Shown here piece after piece: positions 11,874-26,412 of a stretch of DNA of 64,000 nucleotides. Every line of letters starts with the position of its first letter. The stretch's first letter is position 1. Origin of the DNA: Geosiphon pyriformis uo1 (Eukaryota > Fungi > Glomeromycota); the NCBI GenBank assembly GCA_016748015.1, contig JAAOMT010000236.1:1-64000 (forward strand). The letters are read 5' to 3'. The notes under the pieces are model-generated. The model had not been told where the DNA came from. It worked only from the letters and a program-made list of their open reading frames with translations, and made no database searches. The translations under genes were made by a program, and so were the position numbers.

Positions 11874-14800
11874 ATTAGTGTACACATTAAATTTTTGACT
11901 TAAATATGCTTTTCATTTTATGACAGCCTAATAGATAGCTAAGTGTTTTAATGCTAGAGTTTTATAGTTTTTCTCAGCTGGACTCAAACTTTGGCTTACA
12001 TATGCCATTGGATGTTCTTGTCTATTTGATTTTTTTTAAAAACAGTATGGTTCCTAATACTTAACCAAATACATTAATAGTAATGATAAATGGTTTGTTA
12101 TGATCTGAATAAATCAGTATTAAAGCTTAAATAAGCTTTCTTCTTAATATATCAAAAGCTTTTTGTTGGGTTTTAATCTATTTATATTTAATATTTTTAA
12201 TTTAGAACTAGTAAAGTGGTTAAACCAGTTTGAAGTTTTGGATAAAATGGTAATAATATTCAACAAATCCCAAGAATGCTTTTAGTTTGTTAAGTTTGTT
12301 GGTACTAGAAAGTTTTTAATTATTTCAATTTTGTCTGGGTTTGTTTTGATGCCATTTTTGCTTATAACATATTCCAAAAACTTGAGTTTAGTTTTTCTAA
12401 AGAAGCATTTAATTATATTCAATTTTAATTTAGCTTTTTTTAATCTTTTAAATATTTGTTAAAGATGATAAAAATGATTATTAAATGTTTCTGAGAACAC
12501 ATTAATGTTATTTAAGTAGACTATTATTAACTTCCATAGTAATCTAGTTAAACAATTTTTATAAGTTATTGGAAAGTGGCTGGAGTATTAATTAAGCCAA
12601 AAAACATAATATTAAATTCGAAATTTTTTTTTTTGGTGGTAAATGTGGTTTTTTGTTAGCTAGATTCATAACTACTTGCCAATATTTACTGTCCAAGTCT
12701 AATATGGAGAACTATTTTTTTCTTCCAAAAGCATCAAATAATTTTTGTATTTATGGAGTTGGATAGTTGTTTCTATAAATAATACTATTGAGTTTTTTGT
12801 AGTCTATATAAAAGTGGATCTTTCTATTTTTTTTCTGAATAAGTATTACTGGTAATAATCATAAGCTTATTGATGATTAAATTAATCTATTGTTCAACAT
12901 TCTGTTAATTTTTTATTGGATAATTTTATGGTTAGTAAATAGTATTTTATATGTTTTTTGTTTAATTGGTATTGTATTTCTAGTTTTGATTTAATACTGA
13001 ATAATGTCTGTTTTGTTAAAAATTATTTTTGCTGATAAAAATGTTAGTAAAATTGTTAAGTAACATCTTGAACTATATACATTGAAATAGGTTTAAATTT
13101 TCTAAGTTCATTTGCTCTAATTGTTCTGGTTGTAGCAAATAATATTTTTTTCATTTATATATTGCTTGTAATATAATATTCACATATTTGTATAATTATA
13201 AGAAATCTGAAATAATGATAGATACTTGATTCTCAACTTTAGTGCTTAAGTGTACAATAATAATTCCACTTGGTATTTTTATAANNNNNNNNNNNNNNNN
13301 NNNNNNNNNNNNNNNNNNNNNNNNNNNNNNNNNNNNNNNNNNNNNNNNNNNNNNNNNNNNNNNNNNNNNNNNNNNNNNNNNNNNNNNNNNNNNNNNNNNN
13401 NNNNNNNNNNNNNNNNNNNNNNNNNNNNNNNNNNNNNNNNNNNNAATTATGTATCTTTTTTCTGAATTATTTTGTAGCATTACAATAATATTTTCTATAT
13501 ATTCTGTATCAATTATATTTCCTTTAATATTAATTCTTTTTTTTGCTTAACTAGATCTAAAGACTAGTTAGACTATTGTTGTTGTTAGAATTTTCAGTGC
13601 TAGTTTCAGATCTATACTGGTACACAAATAAAGTTCCAATCAAATAACAGTTTTTTCTGAATATTTAAGATCAAACTCTGTATTGGTATTATGTATACAT
13701 TTTAATATAATACTTTTATTATTGTTACTAAACTATTTGAGTTTCTGTTCTTTTGAAAGATCTGAAAGCATGACATATTGTTCAAAGTTTTTATTGGAAA
13801 TTAAATTATTGTTATTGTTATTGCCATTTTAAATAAAGTTAAAACTATTGTTGTTATTATTATCAAAGTCTAGATTACAATTAAATTTTGATTTTAATTC
13901 TGCTGTACACTTACTAATTGGTTTTTTTTTCTTTGAAAATTAAATAGATTATATAAGGTAATGAATTGTAAATAAGATTACAATTGTTACAATATTTGAA
14001 GTTACTAAGAATTAAGCAATATTTGTACAGTCTTATATTTAATTGTTCTAGTTTTTGCTTTTGCTTTTTCTTAGTCAGTATTAGGTTTTGGTAGTGCTTA
14101 TGTAATTGTTTATAATATTATTAAAAACATTAAAAATTAAGACAAATTTGGGTTCTAAAAAAATTAATGAGTTATTTTTAATTTTCAGTATTTCTTTAAA
14201 TAAAGTATTTTTAACTTTTACACTTGCCATTTTCCAGATTTTGTGTTTGTTGTATGAACAGCTTCTTAAATATATAAGTGTTTATTTTCAGACAACATTA
14301 ATTAAAGTCTCTTTTTATATCCAATTATTGATTAAAATTATATATTAGCATGTTTTGTCATATGTTCTTCCTTATCCAGAAATATTATTCCACATTTTTT
14401 TATTGAAAAAAGTTGTTTCACATATAAAACAAGACTTATTGTCTTATTTTACTTGTTATTTGGGTTATCTAAAGTATTTAAAAATACATAGGTGACAATA
14501 ATATTTGGTTGCTATTGACTATTCTTTGTTATTATTATAATATACATCTATTATTAACAATTTTTTGCCACAATCAATGTATATTAGTTTGGATTAATAA
14601 TAATTTGGTTGTTTTAGTAGTGTAATGACATACAAAGTATATATTATAATAGTGGCTTGAAATTGTTTCTCTTCTCTTTTTTTCTCTTTTTTTTTTTCAG
14701 GTCAAGATTAGTAGTAATTTGTTGTAATATTCTTTGGCTCATAAAACTTAATAAGCTTTTCAGATAGATTTTTTTTCTTCTTTCTTAAATTTTATCAATA

Positions 14801-17510
14801 AATACATAATAGTTGGTTTAAAATGGCCACAAGAAGCTAATATTCAAGTTTGCTGACTATTTTAACTAAGCTATAGCTCTTGAATAGTCTAGTTAAGTAC
14901 AATATTGATCTTAAATAGCCAGTCATTACCAATTAGTGCTTAGTACTATATAACTTCTATAACAAAAATCTTAATAGACATGACAATACTGTTGATTAAA
15001 AAAAAAGTTGTCAATTTCACCAATTGGAGTCTTTGTTGCTTTATCAGTAGTAATAATTCTAGCACTGACAGCTTAATTAACTTGACAACCTAATTGGTTC
15101 ATAAGTTGTTATGTAATAATACTGCTTACTGAACTATTATTAAAGATTAATTTGATAGAATAGCCATCAACTTTGGCATCAGTATATATGGCAGTAATTG
15201 GTTTGGCATTAAGAATAACTCTACTAAACAGAGTTATTATAGCTGATTTTTCTAAATTAAAAGGAAAGATGGCTGTAAATAATTTGTTTTTTGTAATGAC
15301 TGCTAATAAAATGTTGTTCGTAAGTATTATTGGGTTGGTTTTTAAGTGGTTGGGTAAAGTGTTTTTTGTTACAACCAGAAGGCTTAAATAGTTTTGAGAA
15401 TTCAGATTTTGAATATACCCACTTTCCGAATTCTTAAGATGTGATTCTAATAATTGGTTTAATAAACTGAAAATTGGTTGATACATAACCATCATCAATC
15501 TCCAATTTTGTTGAGTGTAAATAATTCTTAGTCTTAGGTTTTTGGTTGGCATTATAATTTGGAGTGGTGCTAAAATTTGTTAAAGTTAATAAATTATTTG
15601 TGGCTATAGAACTTAATAAATTACCAGTATTAGAGTTTGATAGATTGGAAGTAAGTATATTAGTTGTTGTGTTATTAATATGTAAGGTAATAGATATTGT
15701 CTTGATTAATAATGTATTGGCATAGTTTAGGGTTTGAAATCTGTAATCAGAGTTTTGATATTGATTTTCTAATTATTGTTTATTTTTTTTTAAGCAACAA
15801 TCTGCTTTTAATTGGCTTTGTTTATTACAGTAGTAGCAATTATGTGTTTTTTGTTATCATAGTTAATTTGATAATAATAATAGACATGACTGTTATTGGA
15901 AGCAATTAGAATTTTTTTAATTCTTATAATATTGTAGAGATTGATAAATTGCCTAATTGTTAATTAAATATTTTTTTAACTTTTGATTGATCAAATTACT
16001 AAATTGTTTCAATTTAGTATCCAATTCAGATGATCTGTTTATTACTAGATTTACAGCTTAAGGATAATTGGTTTTAAGTTCAATCAATTCAAAATCTTTG
16101 GCATAAGTGACTGTGTTTTAGATAATATTAGACTATATTGGATGTATTTGTTACAAAAGCTACTGTATAATTCATAAATAAATTAATTCAAAATTTGTGG
16201 TACTGTAAAGTATTCAGTTTCAATTGCATAAATCTGGTGCAAATTTTGATGAAAATATTTTAAATATATAGTAACTGTTTCTGTGTCTCTTTGTTTAATT
16301 GTAATAAAACTAGTTAACAAATAGTTAATACTATTATTATTACTAAAATATTGTAGAAATGTGGTTTTAAACATGTTAAAGATTTGTGGCTTGTTAATAA
16401 GATTCTGATATCATAATTTGGTAATATTTTATAAAAAATAGAGAATGACTTAAAGGACTTTAGTATTGTCCCAATTATTAAAAGTAATTGCTTTGGCTAT
16501 GTTGTTAAGTCATGCTTAAGCATTGTCTTTTTTACTGGTGAATTTTTTAAGTTTGAAAATAAATACAAATATCATTGGTAGAAGGTGTTGTTATTGTTGT
16601 TATGATTGTTGTAGAGTGGCAATTGGTGTAATTAGTAGTTGATTGATCGAATTTATCAAAAGTAAATTTTGTGAGATAATAAGAGCTGGGTTTAAATTGT
16701 TTAAGTTTTGCTGAGTTAGAACAATTGGAATTTGAACTTTCAGATTATTGGAGATTAGATTTTGACTATTATTTCTCTGATTACTGTGTTTTTTTTCTGA
16801 TTTAATATCTTTTTATTGACTAGTAAATTCGAAATTTGTTTAAAATGACAAAGATTAAAATTTTAATAGTGTTGTTGATTGCAATTTAAATCTTTTAAAG
16901 AAATCACTATAGATTTCTAATAACTTGGTTTTTTTTTGCTAATTTTAGAACAGTATTTTAAGTAATAATGTTTTTGATATTACTGTAATATGGGTCTTGA
17001 TAATATGTAGATAATACTTCTTAATATATAATAATATGACAGGTAAATAAGTAAAATTATTTTTGGTTTTTTCTATATAAGCAGTTGTATTTTTTTGGTG
17101 TTTCTGTTGGTGTTTGTAATTTTTTTTTGTTGTCTGTAAAGATAATAGAAAATTTCTGTCAGATGTGATTCTTAATTTTTCTGTTGATTTCTGTAATTAG
17201 TGGAGTAAACAAATAATTTTATAAAAGTGTGGTGTTTTGAAGTAATTTATTATAGAATTTATTAAAGGCTGCTTCTAGATTTTCTTGGTCTTTTAAGTAG
17301 AATTTAATCTTTTTGTTAATGTAGAAATTGAAAGCTAATTCTGCTGGCCAATGGCTACTTGTTAATTTAAGGTAAGTTTGATAGTATTAGAATAAAGCTT
17401 TAGCAAATTTCAAGTGGTTTGTTCCTATTTTTTTTGATTCTGCCATTGTTCCAGATAATTGTTGTTGGTGCTAGTTTTCTGCTGAATTATATTTCACAAG
17501 AAGCACCAAA

Positions 17511-18433
17511 TATTATAGATAATTATTTGGGGTGTTGGAACAAATAACAAACTTATAACTTGATACTTAATAGTTGTGAATATTAATATTTTTTAAAGGT
17601 TTTGGTTAAGTCTTTTGTATAATAAACAGAGATTTAATTAATGTTTTATACCTTTTTGGAAGCTATATTCTGTGAATTTTTTTCTTTAACATAATAGCCA
17701 GTTTATTTTGACAGTTGTGTTTTTTTGGTAAGTTATCCTTAAATTTCTACTCTTATTTTTGGGTTTTTTACTAAGCTATTCTTAATATCAAATACTCATC
17801 ACTTAATCTTTTTAATCAATTAATAAACAATAAAAAAATAAAACAAACAAAAATAAAATAAAAATAAAAGAAAATAAGAAAAAAAAATAAAAAATTAGTA
17901 TCTTATCAATAGTAATAATCAAGAACTATTGGTTTAGTATGGTTGGGTATTAGATACTATTAATATAAAGTGTTGATAAAATAGAATTGATTAATATTCT
18001 TAATTAAATAATGATAATATGGATTTAAATATTAAGTAGATATTTTATTAATATTAATATAATTCTATTTTAAGTTATAGAAAACTATTTTTTAAAAAAA
18101 AGATATTGAAGATTTAAAATTTTGTCTTTTTTTTTGTTTTTAATACTCTTACTATATATACATAATTTTTGTTATATAAGATTACATATTTTTTAAGCAG
18201 TATGTTTTAATTTTTTTGATAGTGTGTATATTGCTGAACAATATGCTATGATTTTCTAATAATGTGCTTATTGCTAAGCAATATGCTATAATTTACTAAC
18301 AATATACATATTGCTAAGCAATATGTTATAATTTTCTAACATTGTGCTTACTTATTAAGTACTATTCTCCTATTGGTCTATTATTTTATCTGTTTTTTTA
18401 CTTTTTTTCTTATACTCTTTTCTATAAGTAACA
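17511..18433 (-). repeat. 5' LTR of B
   Basis: Starts TGTTACTTATAG, ends TATAATA (decayed TGTAACA) next to the PBS; U5 similar to D/F LTRs, distinct U3. Confidence 0.82.
18181..18350. repeat. 40-bp tandem repeat (about 4 copies) in U3 of LTR B
   Basis: Unit approx. AATGTGCTTATTGCTAAGCAATATGCTATAATTTTCTAAC with inverted core TATTGCT-A-AGCAATA. Confidence 0.85.
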
Positions 18434-20145
18434 ATAGCTGTTTTACTAAGATGTGTACTTCTACTTATTGAACAAACCAAACAAAACTAATTAGTATAAG
18501 TTCAAGAATATTCTAATTATAATTAATGTAAAATAGTATTTTTAAATAAAAAAACTTTACAAATATTTCGAAATACTTGCTTGGCTTGGTTTCATTCAAG
18601 TAAACTTATTGTACTAGTAGTAAAACATCTATTTAAACTTTATATATAAGAAGCAATTTGTACATATAGAAAAGTTGAAATATAAAATTTTCAATAAAAA
18701 TTTATATNNNNNNNNNNNNNNNNNNNNNNNNNNNNNNNNNNNNNNNNNNNNNNNNNNNNNNNNNNNNNNNNNNNNNNNNNNNNNNNNNNNNNNNNNNNNN
18801 NNNNNNNNNNNNNNNNNNNNNNNNNNNNNNNNNNNNNNNNNNNNNNNNNNNNNNNNNNNNNNNNNNNNNNNNNNNNNNNNNNNNNNNNNNNNNNNNNNNN
18901 NNNNNNNNNNNNNNNNNNNNNNNNNNNNNNNNNNNNNNNNNNNNNNNNNNNNNNNNNNNNNNNNNNNNNNNNNNNNNNNNNNNNNNNNNNNNNNNNNNNN
19001 NNNNNNNNNNNNNNNNNNNNNNNNNNNNNNNNNNNNNNNNNNNNNNNNNNNNNNNNNNNNNNNNNNNNNNNNNNNNNNNNNNNNNNNNNNNNATAGTAGA
19101 AGAAGAATAGAATAATCTGTCTAATAAAACTATTTTTAACTGTATTATTAATATGCGAAATCGAATTCAAGATTGTATTAGTGTAAAAGAAAGACATAGT
19201 AAATATTAATTTTTTGTATATATATTCTTTATTTATATATCTATTTAATATTAAAATTTAAACAGAAATTATTATGTATAAAAAAAATAAAAATAAAAAA
19301 ATACTTTGCTATTACTTTTTGGGAGAACTGTATATAGATTGCAATATCTTAAAAGCTCTTTAATTATATAATAAATTATTAATAGTTATTTATATATTTT
19401 TTCTCTATTAATAAATTTTATACTTTAATTAACAATAATTATTATTTCGTATTTTTGCATAATTTATTAATTATCATATTTATAACTTTTTTATTGAGAA
19501 TAAAATCTATTTTCAATTTTGTTCTTGGTTTAAGTTTTTTTAGTTTATTAAATAAAGATTTTATATTATAACAATTACTGTTAAAGATTTAAAAATAATT
19601 TTAATTTAATCAAAAAATTAACCAAATAACATTATATAAAAAATTTCTTTTCAATTGAGTTTTTTTTAAAAAACATCACAAAACTTGATATATTTTGTTA
19701 ATATTATTTAGTATTAATCAGCCAATATTTTTGGAGTTTGAGTTTTTTAAAAATTTATTTATTAAGTATGGATGTATATTATTTTTTACAAATTTATAAT
19801 TTTTTGGAAACACTTTTAAAAATTAAATAAAGTTTGATTTTTTTACAAATATTTCTTTCTGAATACAATTTAATAAATATTGTTTTTTTAAAAATTATAA
19901 ATACATAATAGTCTAAGTTATTAATAATTAATTAATTTTTTTCATAGTTATATCGTTAATTTTAAGATTGTATTGATATTTTAGTAATTGATTTTTTTTC
20001 AACATTAAAATTTATAATCAAATTTATTGAAATAAAGTATTTAATAAGTTAATTATTTGTTTTCAAATCTTGTTTTGTATAAAGTTATAATTCTGAATTT
20101 AAACAACCAATATGACAATTTTTGANNNNNNNNNNNNNNNNNNNN

Positions 20146-20871
20146 GTTACAATAATCAGTTTTACCTCCTGTCACAAAATAATTCTCGTCTACTAATTTT
20201 CTTTGTTGCTCTGCTAATTTCGTATTTTGTTGTAATAATTTCTCTCCAACTTAGCCTTAACTAGATGATGTTCTTTGTACTTTTTTAGTAAATCTTTCAC
20301 TTCTTCCTTGCGAGCATTATACTGTAAGCCGTTCCGAAAATGTTGGCACTTGTCACATAAATCCGTTCTTGGAATCATGATTTGAATATAAGGCGTTAAT
20401 TGGTGTCATAACTTGCGAAACGCATCATATTTTAACAATTTCAATGTGCTATCGTATTCAAGACCTGCAATAAAATCCCGATAAACTGATTTGTAACTCA
20501 TTTCAGCTGGCAAAAGTGTAAGCGATTGAGTAATTCAATTGACATTTCTATCAGGACTTGGTAGTCTATGAATTTCAGCATAGTTTTCGAGAAAATTCTT
20601 CACGGAGATAGCAACGGTTATATCAACGGTTATTTTGGTTTTCCATCGCGGCACTCGTTTGATATTACCATGAACACGCGGTATTATACCATTCGTTGCT
20701 AGATGATTTCTGACGTTTTCCAAATGAGTGCGGTCAATTCCTAACATATTGAGATACGCTTTCTGGCAGAGAGGCGTATTGCGATTTCAATAATAAAAAG
20801 TTCTCTTATTAATACGCGTTTTCTTTTAAGACGTCGACTGGCAGTTATTTCTCCACCATTCATTGCTTTCT
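20146..20871 (-). pseudogene. Fragment of a DNA-transposon transposase, Sola-like
   Basis: LCQKAYLNMLGI..RVHGN..FLENYAEIHRLPSP..LLPA..FRKL*HQLTPYIQIMIPRTDLCDKCQ resembles the N-terminal half of Sola-type transposases; no TIR seen; family call from motif memory only. Confidence 0.55.
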
Positions 20872-21086
20872 GCATAGTTTTGCTCTGCCGTACTGAGACT
20901 TCTACTGGCATAAGCAATTACACATTCTCTTCTATTATCATTTTTTTGTGACAGAATGGCTCCAAGTCCAGTTCCAGAGGCATCTGTGGCCAAAATGAAT
21001 TTCTTATTGAAATTCAGATAGATTATTATTGGTAATTTAATGAGGTTTTGTTTAAGGTACTCAAAAGCTTTTTGTTGTGCTTTAGT

Positions 21087-21854
21087 CTATTTAAATTTCA
21101 CATTTTTGGATAGTAGGTAATTAAGAGGTTTGGCAATGTTTGAAAAGTTTTCTACAAAGCAGCAGTAGTAAGATGCGAGTTCTAAAAAGCTTCTAACTTC
21201 TGAAATGTTTCGAGATACTGGAAAATTTTTCACTTTGTCTATTTTTGATAGATCTGGTTTTATTCCATCTTTTCTAACTACATATTCTAAAAATGCTAGC
21301 TCATTTTTCCCAAAGAAACATTTTTCTAGATTTAGTTTAAGTCCAGTGTGTCTCAATCTCTCAAAAACTTGTTGCAAATATTGGAGATGATCCGTGAATT
21401 TTGACAAGAAAACATTTGTATCATCCAAGTAGACAACAATGGATTGCCACAGGATTCTGAAGTAAATTATGTCTATTAGTTTTTGGAATGTTGCAGGAGC
21501 GTTTGTCAATTCAAATGGCATTACATTAAACTCATAATTGCTATTTTGTGTTGTGAATGCTGTTTTATGTCTGTTCTTTGGGTCTATTTCCACTTGCCAG
21601 TACCCACTGGTCAAGTCAAGTATAGAAAACCATTTTGCTTTTCCAAAAATGTCAAAGATTTTGTCAATTAACAGTATTGAGTATAAGTCTTTGGTTGTTT
21701 TGCTGTTTAATTTGTGATAGTCAATGCAAAATCTAATTTTTCTGTTCTTTTTTCTTACTAAAACAACTGGTAAGAACCATAGGCTCATTAATGGTTGGAT
21801 TATTCCTTTTTCCAACATGCTTTGGACTTCTTCTCTGATAAAATTATGCTTCAT
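21087..21854 (-). pseudogene. pol: Reverse transcriptase of C
   Basis: RFCIDY, LDLTSGYWQ, KTAF, VMPFELTNAPATFQ, YLDDT. Confidence 0.95.
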
Positions 21855-24800
21855 TGGTAGAACATAGTAAGTGCATTGTTTTTCAGGTCTGGCATCTCCA
21901 GTAGGGATTTGGTGTTAAACCAAGTTGGTTCTTCCAAATTTACCATTTTGTGAAAATATATCAAAGTATTTTAAAATTAATGCTTTTAATTGTCACTGTT
22001 GGTCAGGATCCATTGTTCCAATGTTTAATTTGGCCAATTCTTCTGGCATAAATTGATAGCATTCCAATGGTTGCTACCAATTTATTGAAGTAAATTCACA
22101 ATAGAAAGCGATTTCTGGGAAATTTAGAATTTTTTGTGGTGTTGACACGTTTTCTAGCTCCATTCCAAGGTATCCAATAATGGTATCTTCCAGAATGTAG
22201 ACGGGTTCTTCTGTGGTGTTTGCAATAGGAATTTTTATCCATTAAGCTTTATCAGCTGGAATAAAAAGATTAATAAGTCCTATGAGAAACTGTTGGCAAG
22301 TTTTTGGGTAGGGCTCAAATATTAGGTCTTTTTCTTTAATTGTTCTTTTTATTTTTATTTCTGATTTTCCATATGATAAGAGCATGATAGACCACTCAGT
22401 TTTAATTACCTTGCCTTTTTCCTCTATTATTTCAGTGAAATTTGCTTCAATTTTTTTTTTTGTCGATTCAAAATCAAAAGTTCCTCTTATTGTTTGTAAC
22501 AATTCCTCATGATTTTCCACTGACACAAATTTCCCAATTTTTACCAATGATAGAAAAATTGCTTGTGCAATTTTTTCCTTAGATTCAATAGTATAAGGCT
22601 TTTCTAAATTGTTCTGTAGCAAAACCATCAAATTTCTAGTGTATTTGGAGTCAATTACTCTTCCTTAAACACTTATTCTTTTTTTCGCGAGGCTTGATTA
22701 CGATGCTATTTGAATTATTATTCCTAGTGGAATTTCAACTACTATTTTCAGGTTGATTTTGGTGATGCTTCTGAATGGTAATGTTATGAATTTGTCTTCC
22801 AAATAATGTAGATCGAATCCAGTATTAGTTGGATGGGCTCTTTCAGATATTATTTTTAAGTGCCCATTGTCAAAGTATTGAATGTCAATCACCTGTTCTA
22901 AGTCAGTATAGGCTACAAATTTTTCTGACTCAGGACCATCAGGTGAGTCTTGTTGATTTATTGATTGATTTTGAGACTGCTGATTCTCAATTTCCATTTT
23001 TTTTTCTAAGTTCCTTTCGTCTTGACACTCTTCACAGCACTGATTTTGGCACAGGATAAGACAGTTTTCACAGAGGTAAGTGTTGATTTGGGTAAGGTAT
23101 TGTTTTTGCTTTTGTTGAGTGGGGCATAGTTGTTGGTAATAGTTCTGAAATTTGTCCACTGGATTAAACATGTTGTAGCTGGTGACTTTGTCAGCTACTT
23201 CAGCTGACTCTTTCTAATGTCGTATTTCTTTGGTGGTTTCTTCTCTTACTTTGGTCTGTGTGGTGTTATACAACTCATCCTCATTGTGTGGGTAGTACTG
23301 TAGTCTTTTTAACACTCTGTTGAATGCTGCTTCAAATGGCGTTCCTTCTCTTACCCAGTTATAGATGAGGATTGTGTATTGGCAAGTTGTGTCACATGTT
23401 TTTTCTCTGTCTAGTATGTTGTTTCAGTCACACTCTCTTAGTAATAGTTTTTCACAAGTGAAGCATGGTTCCTCATCTCATTTTCTGTGTCTTTCTGGAT
23501 AATCATATTTTTCTTTGTTACAATGGTTACAATAGTAGTGGGTGGAATTTCTTGGGTCTTTATCTAGTGTACTGCATGTCATTATAGACAAGAGTTTTTT
23601 CTTGCAAACTGAGCATTCTAGCTTTGGTCTGCATCGCTAGTGGTTTCTTTGTAGACTTACCTGGTTCTATTCAGATCTTTCTTTGCTGGTCCATATTGGT
23701 ATGGCTGGTAGTCCTGTTCTTTGGTTATCAGTCCAAAAGAGTTGATAGGTTTTAATGACTGGTAGTATTGGATTTTCCTTAAATTCAAAAATAAGTCTTT
23801 GGTTGGTGCTGGGTTTTTGGAAGTGGCTACAGGTGGCTGGAATTCTGACCTGGTGGCCATTATAATTGATCAGAAGCTCTTGGGTGATCTAGTCTAAGAT
23901 GGCATTGGCTTTTGTTAACCAGTCATTTCCTACTAACACTTGATATTGTGTAGTGTCTATTACTAATACTTTTGTAGATATTACTATGCCATTAATTTTA
24001 AAAGGAAATGAGTTGATTTTGCTATAAGGCAGCTTTGTACTTCCATCGGCTGTTATAATTTGGAACGTTGCAGTACGATCAACTTTGAAACCCAGTTGGT
24101 TTACTAGTTAAAGCATTATGATGCTTCCAGTGGATCCATTATCTAAGATAAGTTTGATTGGAGTATTGTTTACAGTGGCTTCCATATACATAGCAGTGAT
24201 TGGGCATTTTTTGTCCAATGCTGTTCCACTGAACATAGCCTCGTTTTCCTCTAATTCAAAAAGAAAAATAGCTGCAAGGCTGCTATCTTCAGTAGCAACT
24301 GCTGGTAGTATTGTTTGGCTCAATTTGTTGGAGGAATTTTTGGTTCTGTTTATGTTTCTACCATCATTGTTTCTGATGATCAGATTTTCTAGTATATTAA
24401 GGTAAGTTTGTTGATAATTTTGGTAGTTTGGATTGGTTTGCTAACTGGTTCCAGCACAGTTTGGATTTCTTTGGACCAACGCATTCTGGTTCCATATAGA
24501 CTGATTTCAGGGCTTGGAACACCAATTCGGATTGGTTATCATGAACTGTTGCTGGTAAGTTCCTTGATTTTAATACATAGTGGAATATTGGCATGGTATT
24601 GGCATGTACTGGTTTCTGGGCATTTGGGGTGGCACGTAATAATTATTTTTGCATGCTTCTTATATCATTCACATTCAATATTGACTAATCAAATGTCCTA
24701 TGCATTTGCAAAAATGGCAGGCACGTATTTCTGTTCTGAATTCTTGGCATGACGAGCAATTATTTCGACTGTTGCTGACTTCCTGGCTGCATTTTTGGGG

Positions 24801-26392
24801 TGGTTGGTATGTATTTTTTCTTGGATCTAGGATAAAGTAACTTTCTATTTTCTTAGAAAGTTTTTTCTTTAATTGTGTTACTCTTTTTTCTAATGTTTCT
24901 GTCTTATTTTTTTTTATTACCATGTTAATCATTTGACTATGGTTAGCTTTTTTTTCAGCCAATTCAAGGGCTCTGATGAGTGTAATGGCTTCTGGTAAAG
25001 AATTAGGGTGGGCAGGACATACTCTTTCTAAAATGCTGCTTTTTAATTCTCTAATAAACTGATTTAAAACCTGAGGATCAGTGTAGTATCCTTGTTCAAT
25101 TACTTTAATCTGATGGCAAATTTGATTAAATCGAGCAAGATATTGGGTGACAGTTTCACTGGTACCTTGCTTGATAGTATTGAATTTGTTCTGTAGTTAG
25201 ATTACAGCATTTGAGTTGCTAAAATACTCCAGGAGTGCATTTTTAAATTCGGCAAAGCTCATGGGTTTTGTTTTCAGACTTTGATACCACGAGTCGACTG
25301 TGCCTTTTAGAAAGAAAAGTAATGTTTGAATTGCTCTTTGGTTGTTCCAGTTATTTGCCTGGATGGCTTTTTGCATTTCTCTGAGCCACGTGTACACGTC
25401 CGTTTCTTCTTCTTCTTCTGAGAAATCTGTTAGTCTTGCAATGTATGATGTGGCCATTTTGTCACTGTTTTCTACTAGTGGGCTTATTGGTCTAAGAAAA
25501 GGTGAGATGATATTTCCTTGAGCATTCCTAAAGATGGCTTCTCTTATATCCAATTCTTCCTTTTGATCACAAGTTTCTTCTGAACTGGCTGCTTGTTCCA
25601 GTAACCAGTCTTGTGATTGTTTTTTTGCTGGTCTCTTTTTCGGATTCCGATTCAGACTTCTCTTCATGGTTTTCAAACTCCATTCCAAATTTTGGCTGAA
25701 AAAGAGGGTTTTGGAATAGCGATGAATATCCTCCTGTAATTGGTATGTCTCTCTAATTATATTGTTTAATTTTACCAGTATAACTAGGAGTTTTTAGCGT
25801 TTGTGGAGTTGATATTGATAATGATGCAGCTCCTAATGGAATCTGTATCTTATTTTCTGGTGAAAAATAGTATAATTTATTTTCTGGTAAATAAATACAT
25901 TGTTTTTTATTGATTAAGTAACAGTTTTCTTTGGTGTTTGAGCAGATGTTCCTAGTTTTTGCTGGTTACTTTCCTGATTAGTTTCTAAATTTTCTTTGGT
26001 TTTGTTGGCATGTTCTCTAGTGTTTTTTGTGAATATTAAAAAATTTTTGTTGGTGTATTGCTCAATTTCTCGATAGATTTTAACAATAGTTGTGGCTATT
26101 ACTGCTACTTTTTTTGTAGTATATTGTGATAATTCTCTATACAATCCAAGTTTTGTGTCATGTGGTTCTTCTTTCTTTCCTATATGATAATTTATTCTGG
26201 CATTGATATAATAAGTAAGGGCAGATTTTGCTGGACAACACCCTTCTGGTAATCCAAGATTACTTTGATTTTGTGTGTAAATAGCATGACAGAATTCAAG
26301 AACAGTAAGGTTAAGGGTTTTTGTCACCACTTTTGTCTCTTCTTTTTTAGCAATGAATTATTGCTAATTATTATTTCCTTTTTGATTTTCTT

Positions 26393-26410
26393 TCTTTGTA
26401 GGGTTTACCA
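26393..26410 (-). promoter_or_regulatory. Primer-binding site of C (TGGTAAACCCTAC)
   Basis: TGG 2 nt after the LTR end CCATAACA; differs from the family 1/2 PBS. Confidence 0.75.
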
Positions 26411-26412
26411 AA

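Larger units (their letters stand above)
9903..18433 (-). mobile_element. Heavily decayed Ty3/Gypsy element B (family-2-type U5)
   Basis: IN 9903-10764, RNase H/RT about 10796-13050, dUTPase about 13445-13720, PR about 14900-15200, Gag about 15800-16580, PBS TGGTGCTTC near 17500, LTR 17511-18433. Confidence 0.88.

Noticed and set aside
11103-11898. Long ORFs across N runs (also 13196-13550 and 18675-19197)
   Set aside because: Artefacts of translating gaps
18181-18350. CRISPR-like palindromic repeat array
   Set aside because: No unique spacers or cas genes; lies within an LTR U3
18434-20125. Host gene or centromeric element in very AT-rich DNA
   Set aside because: No recognisable ORF or motif, and interrupted by gaps; probably eroded repeat
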